DNA from: Candidatus Nanogingivalaceae bacterium
GTDB taxonomy: Bacteria; Patescibacteriota; Saccharimonadia; Saccharimonadales; Saccharimonadaceae
Length of the DNA stretch: 32,000 nucleotides
Reading direction: 5' to 3'
Assembly: GCA_015257795.3 (NCBI GenBank)
Contig: CP072208.2
Coordinates: 270,001-302,000 of the forward strand
How positions within the stretch are numbered: the stretch's first letter is position 1; each line of letters begins with the position of its first letter. The notes below the pieces were generated by a model. That model saw nothing but the letters and a program-made list of their open reading frames with translations, did not search any database and had not been told where the DNA came from. Position numbers and translations under genes: made by a program. This document shows, piece by piece, positions 8,484-14,310 of this stretch.

Positions 8484-9032
8484 ATGAAAAAGCATAAACT
8501 TAATAAAGGTTTTACAATTATCGAGGTTGTGCTCGTTCTTGCAGTGGCTGGGCTGATATTTTTAATGGTGTTTCTTGCTGTCCCTGCTCTTGGGCGATCT
8601 CAACGAGACACGGCAAGGAAAAATGATGCCCGTAATCTTTTGGCGGCGGTTATTCAATTTAAGACTAATAATGGCGGTAGGGCCCCTTTTAATGGAAATA
8701 ATGATGCTTGGACAAAACTTAAGCCTTATTGGAACAGAAGCCAATACTTAAACGATCGTCCAAACGGTCATATCGACGATTTCGGCTCCTCTAACTCTGC
8801 TACAACTCAAATTGTTACATATAGCCGACTAGGTAGTTATTGGCATAAACCAGGCAGTTGGAATATCGTTCTCGGCACGGTCTGTGAAAAAAGTGATGGT
8901 GGTGGATACTATTTAAAATATGGCGGATCTGTTCCAGCTAAGGCTATCGCCGTACTAGTAGAGCTTGAAAGTGTGCAAACTGATGCTTATAGTGGTGGAT
9001 GGGGATATTGCATAGATTCAGAAAGTAATTAA
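8484..9032 (+). CDS. type IV pilin / prepilin with N-terminal cleavage-methylation signal, 182 aa
   Basis: MKKHKLNKG|FTIIEVVLVLAVAGLIFLMVF is a class III signal peptide (G-F cleavage site, Glu at +5, hydrophobic helix), followed by a globular domain. Confidence 0.85.
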   Translation: MKKHKLNKGFTIIEVVLVLAVAGLIFLMVFLAVPALGRSQRDTARKNDARNLLAAVIQFKTNNGGRAPFNGNNDAWTKLKPYWNRSQYLNDRPNGHIDDFGSSNSATTQIVTYSRLGSYWHKPGSWNIVLGTVCEKSDGGGYYLKYGGSVPAKAIAVLVELESVQTDAYSGGWGYCIDSESN

Positions 9033-9062
9033 AAATGGAAGAATAATTATTCTTCCATTTTA
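9031..9062. terminator. 30-nt perfect palindrome acting as a bidirectional terminator between convergent genes
   Basis: AAAATGGAAGAATAA|TTATTCTTCCATTTT (9032..9061). It starts at the pilin stop codon and encodes the last codons (KMEE*) of the minus-strand gene. Confidence 0.6.
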
Positions 9063-9547
9063 GTATTTTTGCGGTTTAGTTGGTTTCTAAGGATATCTCG
9101 TGCCCAAAAAATAGTTTCGAGCTCTTCGCTATCATGCCACTCTTCCGTTCCAAAATCCAAATAATGCGCACTCGCCACTTCAACGTTATCGCTATAAATT
9201 GTCAGATGTTGATTACCCATCCCAAAATCACCTACATTAAGGTCGTGGCTTTCAATTTCATATCTTCCATCGGAATATAATTCATAGGTTTGATCATAGC
9301 CTCCGCCATTATGCGCTAAATCTGGGTTATAGCTTTCATTCAGCTGCTCTTCATCAATGAGAGCAAGATTTGATAAATCTAGATCATCTATTGCTCTTTT
9401 AACATTTTCCGGTGATGATTCTAATGCGAAATATTCGTTATAAGATGGTTGGTTTCGAAAACCTTTATTTGCATTAAACGCCCATTTGGCGTAAGCGTTA
9501 TCTAAAAGATATTGTTGAGTTTTTGATTTGTTTAAGTTTTTTTCCAT
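9047..9547 (-). CDS. acidic hypothetical protein, 166 aa
   Basis: Clean ORF with AAAGGA before the ATG and a promoter at 9609..9637. It is very Asp/Glu-rich with no TM or signal peptide. I recognise no family. Confidence 0.55.
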   Translation of the reverse strand: MEKNLNKSKTQQYLLDNAYAKWAFNANKGFRNQPSYNEYFALESSPENVKRAIDDLDLSNLALIDEEQLNESYNPDLAHNGGGYDQTYELYSDGRYEIESHDLNVGDFGMGNQHLTIYSDNVEVASAHYLDFGTEEWHDSEELETIFWARDILRNQLNRKNTKMEE

Positions 9548-9608
9548 AAGATTCCTTTGATGAGATTTTATAACCTTCGCCTAAAGTCATCTCAAACTCC
9601 AGGTTAAC

Positions 9609-9637
9609 ATAATAACATAATAACACAATAAAGTCAA
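9609..9637 (-). promoter_or_regulatory. promoter of the 9047..9547 gene
   Basis: Minus strand TTGACT (9637..9632), 17 nt spacer, TATTAT (9614..9609). Confidence 0.45.
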
Positions 9638-9660
9638 TAGCTATAACATATTTTTACAAA

Positions 9661-9691
9661 AACAAAAATCGCCCATATTTTGAGCGATTTT
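9661..9691 (-). terminator. rho-independent terminator after rplL
   Basis: Minus strand AAAATCGC, 11 nt loop, GCGATTTT followed by TGTTTTT. Confidence 0.6.
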
Positions 9692-9730
9692 CGAAAATCT
9701 TAAATTAGGTCGATTAGTTTTATATTAAAA

Positions 9731-10096
9731 TTAAGCAAGCTCAACAGTTGCGCCAGCTTCTTCAAGTTTCTTTTTAGCTTCTTCAGCTTCATCTTTAGAA
9801 ACTTTTTCTTTAACTGGTGCTGGAGCACCGTCAACGATAGCTTTAGCTTCACCAAGTCCAAGACCTGTGATTTCTTTAACTGCTTTAATAACAGCAACTT
9901 TTTGAGCACCAGCGTCTTTCAAAGTAACTGTAAATTCTGTTTTTTCGTCAGCAGTGTCAGCAGCACCGGCGGTAGCGGCAACAGCAACAGCAGCTGGCTC
10001 GATTCCGTATTCCTCTTTGAGGTGTTCTTTCAATTCGTTAGCTTCAAGAATAGTCAATTTTACCAATTCTTCAGCCAATTTTTTAATGTCAGCCAT
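9731..10096 (-). CDS. rplL: 50S ribosomal protein L7/L12, 121 aa
   Basis: Unmistakable sequence: N-terminal dimerisation helix, Ala-rich hinge, and a C-terminal domain ending [45 protein letters not shown]. Confidence 0.95.
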   Translation of the reverse strand: MADIKKLAEELVKLTILEANELKEHLKEEYGIEPAAVAVAATAGAADTADEKTEFTVTLKDAGAQKVAVIKAVKEITGLGLGEAKAIVDGAPAPVKEKVSKDEAEEAKKKLEEAGATVELA

Positions 10097-10140
10097 TTTC
10101 GACTCCTTTAAAAATTAAATAGTTAATATCTTAAAATAAA

Positions 10141-10650
10141 TTAATTGGTTGCTTTTCGAAATTCCAAATCTTCGTTTGTAAGACCACCAGCAATCGCGTT
10201 GATTGGCGAAAGAAGTGTGTCCACGATTTGACCGATAAGTTGGTCTTTGTTTGGAAGTTCTGAAAGTGTTGTAACAGTTGCAGTATCCATTACGTCGCCA
10301 TTGTCGGCAAAAGCACCAACAAGTTTAAGATCTGGGTGAGTTTTTGCAAATTTACCCAAAACTTGAGCGGCAGCAATTTCATCTTCGTTTGAGATTGCAT
10401 AAACAAGTTGACCTTTTAGTGCAGAAGTATCAGATTCTTTTAGAGCTTCAACTTCTTGCATCGCAACTCGCACTAGGCGGTTTTTTACAACTTTGATTTG
10501 AACGCCAGCTTCACGAGCTTCTTTTCGAAGTTCTTGAAGGTCGGCAACTGTCAAACCTTTATATTCAGCAAAAGCTGTCATTTTTGCGTCTTTTAGAGCG
10601 GCGCTTAATTCAGCAACCAATTGGTTCTTTTTATCGCGTGATAATGCCAT
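10141..10650 (-). CDS. rplJ: 50S ribosomal protein L10, 169 aa
   Basis: MALSRDKKNQLVAEL...AFAEYKGLTVADLQELRKEAREAGVQIKVVKNRL. GGAG RBS. Immediately upstream of rplL. Confidence 0.95.
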   Translation of the reverse strand: MALSRDKKNQLVAELSAALKDAKMTAFAEYKGLTVADLQELRKEAREAGVQIKVVKNRLVRVAMQEVEALKESDTSALKGQLVYAISNEDEIAAAQVLGKFAKTHPDLKLVGAFADNGDVMDTATVTTLSELPNKDQLIGQIVDTLLSPINAIAGGLTNEDLEFRKATN

Positions 10651-10812
10651 AAAAACTCCTTTTTTGGTTAGTATTTTTTCGACCTAATTGTTAAGATTCT
10701 GGCGTTTTGAAAGCCTCCCTTCAAAACTCGTTGGCAGATTAATAGAAAAAGTATTCTCCTCGGTAGCGGATTAAGCCTGGCTAACGCGAGGCGGCTACTG
10801 TCTCTGGCAACT
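10651..10812 (-). promoter_or_regulatory. structured rplJ 5' leader (L10-leader-like autoregulatory element, tentative)
   Basis: A roughly 160-nt untranslated leader lies between the promoter and the rplJ RBS. It has nested stems (GUAGC...GCUAC enclosing CCUCG...CGAGG) and a GCCAGGCUUAAUCC segment. Its position matches known L10(L12)4-binding leaders. Confidence 0.4.
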
Positions 10813-10818
10813 TTTCAT

Positions 10819-10847
10819 ATTGTATCATAAAAAAAATAAAAAATCAA
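10819..10847 (-). promoter_or_regulatory. promoter of rplJ-rplL
   Basis: Minus strand TTGATT (10847..10842), 17 nt spacer, TACAAT (10824..10819). Confidence 0.5.
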
Positions 10848-10873
10848 TATAAAAACCCTCATTTTGAGGGTTT
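10840..10873 (-). terminator. terminator after the 75-aa gene
   Basis: AAACCCTCA, 3 nt loop, TGAGGGTTT (10853..10873), followed on the minus strand by a T-rich tract. Confidence 0.55.
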
Positions 10874-10884
10874 GCTTAAGGTGA

Positions 10885-11112
10885 CTATTTCACTCTGTAG
10901 ATTATGAGCGAATTAGCTACGATGTCTACGTCGTAAATCTGGCCAGCGCTTTCAAAGTGAAAGTAGGTTTGTGACCTACTTAGTTGGCAATATTTTTGAA
11001 TATAATCCCAAACATGGTTTGCCGTTTCCTTGGTAAATCTCCCTGAAGGATTATCTTTCGTTAAATCTTGTAGCTGTCGTAATGCGGCACCACTTATGTT
11101 GAAACTTGACAT
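10885..11112 (-). CDS. orphan hypothetical protein, 75 aa
   Basis: GAGGTG RBS 6 nt before the ATG. It has its own consensus promoter (11160..11188) and terminator. Confidence 0.5.
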   Translation of the reverse strand: MSSFNISGAALRQLQDLTKDNPSGRFTKETANHVWDYIQKYCQLSRSQTYFHFESAGQIYDVDIVANSLIIYRVK

Positions 11113-11159
11113 TTTTTCACCTCTTTTCTGAAAGTACTACTCGAGACGAGTGTTCTGTT

Positions 11160-11188
11160 ATTATACCATTTTTTTGCTAAAAAATCAA
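11160..11188 (-). promoter_or_regulatory. promoter of the 75-aa gene
   Basis: Minus strand TTGATT (11188..11183), 17 nt spacer, TATAAT (11165..11160). Confidence 0.5.
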
Positions 11189-11213
11189 GATAAAACCCCG
11201 CAGGTGAGCGAGG
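11186..11213 (-). terminator. terminator after the 114-aa gene
   Basis: Minus strand CCTCGC, 6 nt loop, GCGGGG, followed by TTTTATCTTGATTTTTT. It starts right after the stop codon. Confidence 0.4.
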
Positions 11214-11558
11214 TTAAGACTTGATGCGGTTTTTGTAAATCCTGAGATTTTCGCCCGCTTGACAATAAATCTCATAAATATCTTCTTCACATCTAATGAA
11301 ATAATAATACGCCGCATCGTTCAGGCCGGCTTTTTCAAAAATATCTAAAATTTCTACAAGTTTAATTGTTGTTTCACCAAAGATATTTGACCCTGCTACA
11401 AATTCGAACGATTCTTCTCCGCTTAGAAGGTTTTCGATTTTTTCGATAACCTCTTTCGCGGCCGACCCTTCGATTTTTACGGCTTTCGCTTGTTCGATTT
11501 TTGCCGAAAGCTGTTTTTCGCTTACGGCTTGATCGATTAATTTTACAAAAATGTTCAT
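11214..11558 (-). CDS. orphan acidic hypothetical protein, 114 aa
   Basis: GGAGG RBS with its own promoter and terminator. No TM segments. I recognise no family. Confidence 0.55.
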   Translation of the reverse strand: MNIFVKLIDQAVSEKQLSAKIEQAKAVKIEGSAAKEVIEKIENLLSGEESFEFVAGSNIFGETTIKLVEILDIFEKAGLNDAAYYYFIRCEEDIYEIYCQAGENLRIYKNRIKS

Positions 11559-11612
11559 AACGAACCTCCATAAGCTTTTGTATTTCGGCGAACCGAGAAG
11601 CTTATTGATAAA

Positions 11613-11641
11613 ATTTTATAATATTAATTTTAAAACTGCAA
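11613..11641 (-). promoter_or_regulatory. promoter of the 114-aa gene
   Basis: Minus strand TTGCAG (11641..11636), 17 nt spacer, TAAAAT (11618..11613). Confidence 0.4.
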
Positions 11642-11680
11642 GCTTGAGCGTATTAAAAAAGCCGCATTTTGCGACTTTAA

Positions 11681-12052
11681 CTATAAGGTGTGTTTATCCT
11701 TATAAAACGGCGGGGTTTCGAGATCATCTTTTGAGATTAAAGAGGGGCTTTCGTTTATACGAATTTTCTCTTCAATTCGCTCTGAAGTTCCTCTTGCTAT
11801 AATTTCGAAGTTTTTGGTTACCCAGATTGTAGTATTTTTAACCCAGATTTTTTCCATACTTCTTTTTTTAACCCCTTTAAGATAATTTATTTCTGCTGAA
11901 CCGTGAATTTCAACAATTTCTTTATCTAGATCATACGCTGATTTTGGGAAGATTGTTATTATCTTGTCGTTATCCATCTCAAGTTTTAAAGATGATTTAT
12001 TGTAGACGGCAGCAAGTAATTGCTCTTCTAGGGTTGCGTTTTTATAATCCAT
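11681..12052 (-). CDS. orphan hypothetical protein, 123 aa
   Basis: GGAGG RBS and a perfect consensus promoter at 12096..12124. A 12-nt palindrome AGGCTTAAGCCT (12073..12084) lies in its 5' UTR. Confidence 0.55.
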   Translation of the reverse strand: MDYKNATLEEQLLAAVYNKSSLKLEMDNDKIITIFPKSAYDLDKEIVEIHGSAEINYLKGVKKRSMEKIWVKNTTIWVTKNFEIIARGTSERIEEKIRINESPSLISKDDLETPPFYKDKHTL

Positions 12053-12095
12053 AAAAAACCTCCAAAAGTTCTAGGCTTAAGCCTTAATGTTTTTA

Positions 12096-12124
12096 ATTAT
12101 AACAGAAAAATGATAAAATGTCAA
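12096..12124 (-). promoter_or_regulatory. consensus promoter of the 123-aa gene
   Basis: Minus strand TTGACA (12124..12119), 17 nt spacer, TATAAT (12101..12096), with TGT extended -10. Confidence 0.6.
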
Positions 12125-12145
12125 TGTAACGTTTTTTAAAAAACC

Positions 12146-12174
12146 TTGAAAACCAAAAAAATTTTTGATATAAT
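12146..12174 (+). promoter_or_regulatory. promoter of tRNA-Gln
   Basis: TTGAAA (12146..12151), 17 nt spacer, TATAAT (12169..12174). The tRNA begins 10 nt later. It is divergent from the 12096..12124 promoter. Confidence 0.6.
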
Positions 12175-12184
12175 TGAAAGGTAT

Positions 12185-12259
12185 TGGGATGTCGCCAAGT
12201 GGTAAGGCAGCGGGTTCTGGTCCCGCCATTCGGGGGTTCGAATCCCTCCATCCCAGCCA
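12185..12259 (+). tRNA. tRNA-Gln (anticodon CUG), CCA encoded
   Basis: Acceptor TGGGATG/CATCCCA (U1-A72, as in bacterial tRNA-Gln), D arm GCC-AAGTGGTAA-GGC, anticodon stem GCGGG/CCCGC with loop TTCTGGT, T arm GGGGG-TTCGAAT-CCCTC, then GCCA. Confidence 0.9.
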
Positions 12260-12267
12260 AGATGAAA

Positions 12268-12296
12268 ATACGAGTTAATATGCTCGTGTTTTTTTT
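12268..12296 (+). terminator. rho-independent terminator after tRNA-Gln
   Basis: ATACGAG, 8 nt loop, CTCGTGT followed by TTTTTTTT. A second hairpin (GAGGCTCAC..GTGAGTCTC plus TTTTTATT) follows at about 12317..12352. Confidence 0.6.
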
Positions 12297-12541
12297 CTTT
12301 AGTAAAAGAACATAAAAAGAGGCTCACTTCCAGCTATGGTGAGTCTCTTTTTATTGTTTTAAATGAGGCGTTGTTGAGGTAACTTCTACAAAGCTTCATC
12401 GAGATAATAAGAACTCGACTCAAATTTGATCCTTAAAAATCTGGCAATTATTTAATAGAAGTCTTCCCTTTCGAAAGCAAGCTAATCAGTAATAATATAA
12501 GGCCTTAGCAATTAGATCAGGAAACTTCAAACTATAACCTT

Positions 12542-12606
12542 TAGTGAGCGATTCGAGCTGAAGATTAGAAGCCCACTCCCAACTCTTCGGCTCTGACCGC
12601 TCACTA
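12542..12606 (+). promoter_or_regulatory. long imperfect hairpin abutting a Shine-Dalgarno sequence (structured leader, function unknown)
   Basis: TAGTGAGCG (12542..12550) pairs with CGCTCACTA (12598..12606). An inner stem GAGCTGAAG / CTTCGGCTC lies between them. AAAGGAG follows immediately. No U-tract on either strand, so it is not a terminator. Confidence 0.35.
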
Positions 12607-12724
12607 AAAAGGAGTAAATTATTATGCAAAATACTAATGAAACCGAGTTTGAAAAAGAGCTTGAAAAAATCAAGAACTCTAAAATCGAACTCAAACCAAA
12701 AAAACAAAAACAAGGAGAAAAACT

Positions 12725-12901
12725 ATGAAAAATTTGAAAAAAGTAAATTACAAGAAAATTATTGAAACTGTTAAAACAATTGTTATCTATACAGCAATTG
12801 TGGCTGGTGTGGCTTTCTATCTTGGAATGAAACACGGCGGAGCTAATATAAAAGTAGATAACGACAAATTAGTTGAGACAATTCGAAATTTCAGTTTTTA
12901 G
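12725..12901 (+). CDS. small single-TM membrane protein, 58 aa (below the ORF-track cutoff)
   Basis: ATG at 12725 with AGGAG 7 nt upstream. The translation is MKNLKKVNYKKIIETVKTIVIYTAIVAGVAFYLGMKHGGANIKVDNDKLVETIRNFSF with a TAG stop at 12899..12901. The competing minus-strand ORFs are low-complexity shadows. Confidence 0.45.
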   Translation: MKNLKKVNYKKIIETVKTIVIYTAIVAGVAFYLGMKHGGANIKVDNDKLVETIRNFSF

Positions 12902-13046
12902 CTCCAGCGCCGTTTTCTTAACTTTTTCTGCCATATTTCCTATTTAAATTTACTATTACAAATTAATATTACTGGTAAATAGTCGAGCTATACAAAATAA
13001 TTAGGTAATATTGACTTTTGGCTATTTTGTAGTATTATTGAAGTAT

Positions 13047-13100
13047 AAAAGAACGGTGTAGCCCCTCGTTTTGGTCGAGGCATTAGCAGCCGTTCTTTTA
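13047..13100. terminator. compound bidirectional terminator hairpin
   Basis: AAAAGAACGG (13047..13056) pairs with CCGTTCTTTT (13090..13099), enclosing an inner CCTCG-TTTTGGT-CGAGG hairpin. It sits directly 3' of the interrupted minus-strand gene. Confidence 0.5.
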
Positions 13101-13103
13101 CTT

Positions 13104-13982
13104 TTATTTACTGATTACTTTTAAAATAGCTTCAATATTGTCATCTCCTCCAGCACCTTCTTTTCTAGTAATAAATCCGCTTTCTGGTTCTGAAAATGCA
13201 ATAGTTGCTCCGACTGTGAGTATCTTATCTTTTTCTTCAGGATTGCCTATTGTTTTATAGACGGCGTGCAGAGCCCTTAATACATTTCTGCGATGGATTG
13301 AGGACTGCTCTAAATGCTTTTCTGCAAAGTAATTTTTTCTAATAAATAACGGAATTTGAACATAAGCTATAATTATTGAACCTTTTATAATAAGTACTAA
13401 AGTTTTTAGATTGTCCGCTGCGGCTTTTTTTATATCGTTAGCCAGCAACCCTTCAATTATCGGAAAATTAAAGATTTGAATATTTAGAAGAGATGCAACA
13501 ATAATAACAAATATAACAACAGATACAGCTAATCCTATTAACCAATTTCTTGATTTCTTTTTATGTTCTTCAGCTTCTTCATTAAAATCATTAGCATAAG
13601 CTTCTAATATCTCAGCACCAGATAGAGTATCTGCGACTCTTTTAATTTCATTTATTCTTTCTTCACTTTCTTGAATTTCTTCTTTAAAATCTCTAATTTT
13701 TTGCGAAAATTCACTGATAATTTGCTTTGAATCTGCTCTATATATAGCGTAGTTAATATAGATTGTATTTAATGCATTCTGGTGATTACCCGCACTGGAT
13801 ATATAGTAGTTAAAGTTATCCTGAAGATAATCTAATTAATTCAAAGCTTCTGTATTTGATAGAGTCTGAAGAAACTCTTCATCGTCTAAAGCATCTGCTA
13901 TATCATTATAATATTGCTTCATTGAATCGGTTGATTGCCCTTTTGCATAACCCCTAATTGATTGAGATAATTCTTTGAACAT
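13104..13982 (-). pseudogene. 2-TM coiled-coil membrane protein gene interrupted by one in-frame TAA (292 codons if read through)
   Basis: ATG at 13982 and the track ORF 13104..13448 are in the same frame. The only stop between them is TAA at 13838..13836 (codon 49). The reconstructed protein has an N-terminal helical/coiled-coil region, two TM helices (WLIGLAVSVVIFVIIVASLL, LKTLVLIIKGSIIIAYVQIPLFI) and a C-terminal soluble domain. Confidence 0.6.
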
Positions 13983-13988
13983 ATCTAA

Positions 13989-14017
13989 AATATAGTATAA
14001 AATGAACTAAATGTAAA
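13989..14017 (-). promoter_or_regulatory. promoter of the interrupted gene, leaderless layout
   Basis: Minus strand TTTACA (14017..14012), 17 nt spacer, TATATT (13994..13989), then 6 nt to the ATG at 13982. Confidence 0.45.
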
Positions 14018-14076
14018 ATTATTTATAGTAAGAATAAAGTTATTTCAAAGATAGGGTAATTTTAGTGAGAGGTTCT

Positions 14077-14310
14077 TTATTTTTCTATTTCGAAAATCTT
14101 AAATCTTGATTTTGTGCCAGTTTTTAGGGAGACTCGGCTTTTCGAAACGTCAAATTCTTTCGCTAAAAGTTTAATTACCGCCAAATTTGCTTTTCCTTCA
14201 ATTGCTGGCTCACGAACAAAAATCTCAAAAAATTCGCCGGTTTCATCTTGCGACTTTTGAATGAGATTTCCCTTTTTCGAATTTGGTTTAATTTTGCAAC
14301 GAATCTTCAT
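14077..14310 (-). CDS. DUF167 (YggU/UPF0235) family protein, 77 aa
   Basis: MKIRCKIKPNSKK....EIFVREPAIEGKANLAVIKLLAKEFDVSKSRVSLKTGTKSRFKIFEI matches the DUF167 pattern (P..GKAN..L...LA..l.v.ks.v.l..G..sR.K). I prefer the ATG at 14310, which overlaps the tgt 3' end by 23 nt. Confidence 0.75.
   Translation of the reverse strand: MKIRCKIKPNSKKGNLIQKSQDETGEFFEIFVREPAIEGKANLAVIKLLAKEFDVSKSRVSLKTGTKSRFKIFEIEK

Noticed and set aside
9700-11571. ORFs 9700..9909, 9902..10111 and 11374..11571 (Lys/Leu- or Arg/Lys-rich)
   Set aside because: They are alternative-frame or antisense shadows of rplL and of the 114-aa gene. Their composition is an artefact of the GAA/AAA-rich coding strand.
12486-12835. 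Minus-strand ORFs 12486..12713 and 12527..12835
   Set aside because: These are low-complexity Phe/Ser/Leu-rich translations of an A-rich plus-strand region with no RBS. The plus strand carries two SD-preceded small ORFs and a structured leader, which explain the region better.
13836-13838. The in-frame TAA as programmed read-through or a reassigned stop codon
   Set aside because: TAA is used as a normal stop by many genes in this window (rplL, the pilin gene, DUF167 and others). Known CPR recoding involves TGA, not TAA, and no read-through context is evident. A nonsense mutation or sequencing error is the simpler reading.
12185-14050. An integrated mobile element at tRNA-Gln
   Set aside because: tRNA genes are common integration sites and the downstream DNA is accessory-looking and decaying. 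However, I see no integrase or recombinase gene and no direct repeat of the tRNA 3' end downstream, so a mobile element cannot be called.
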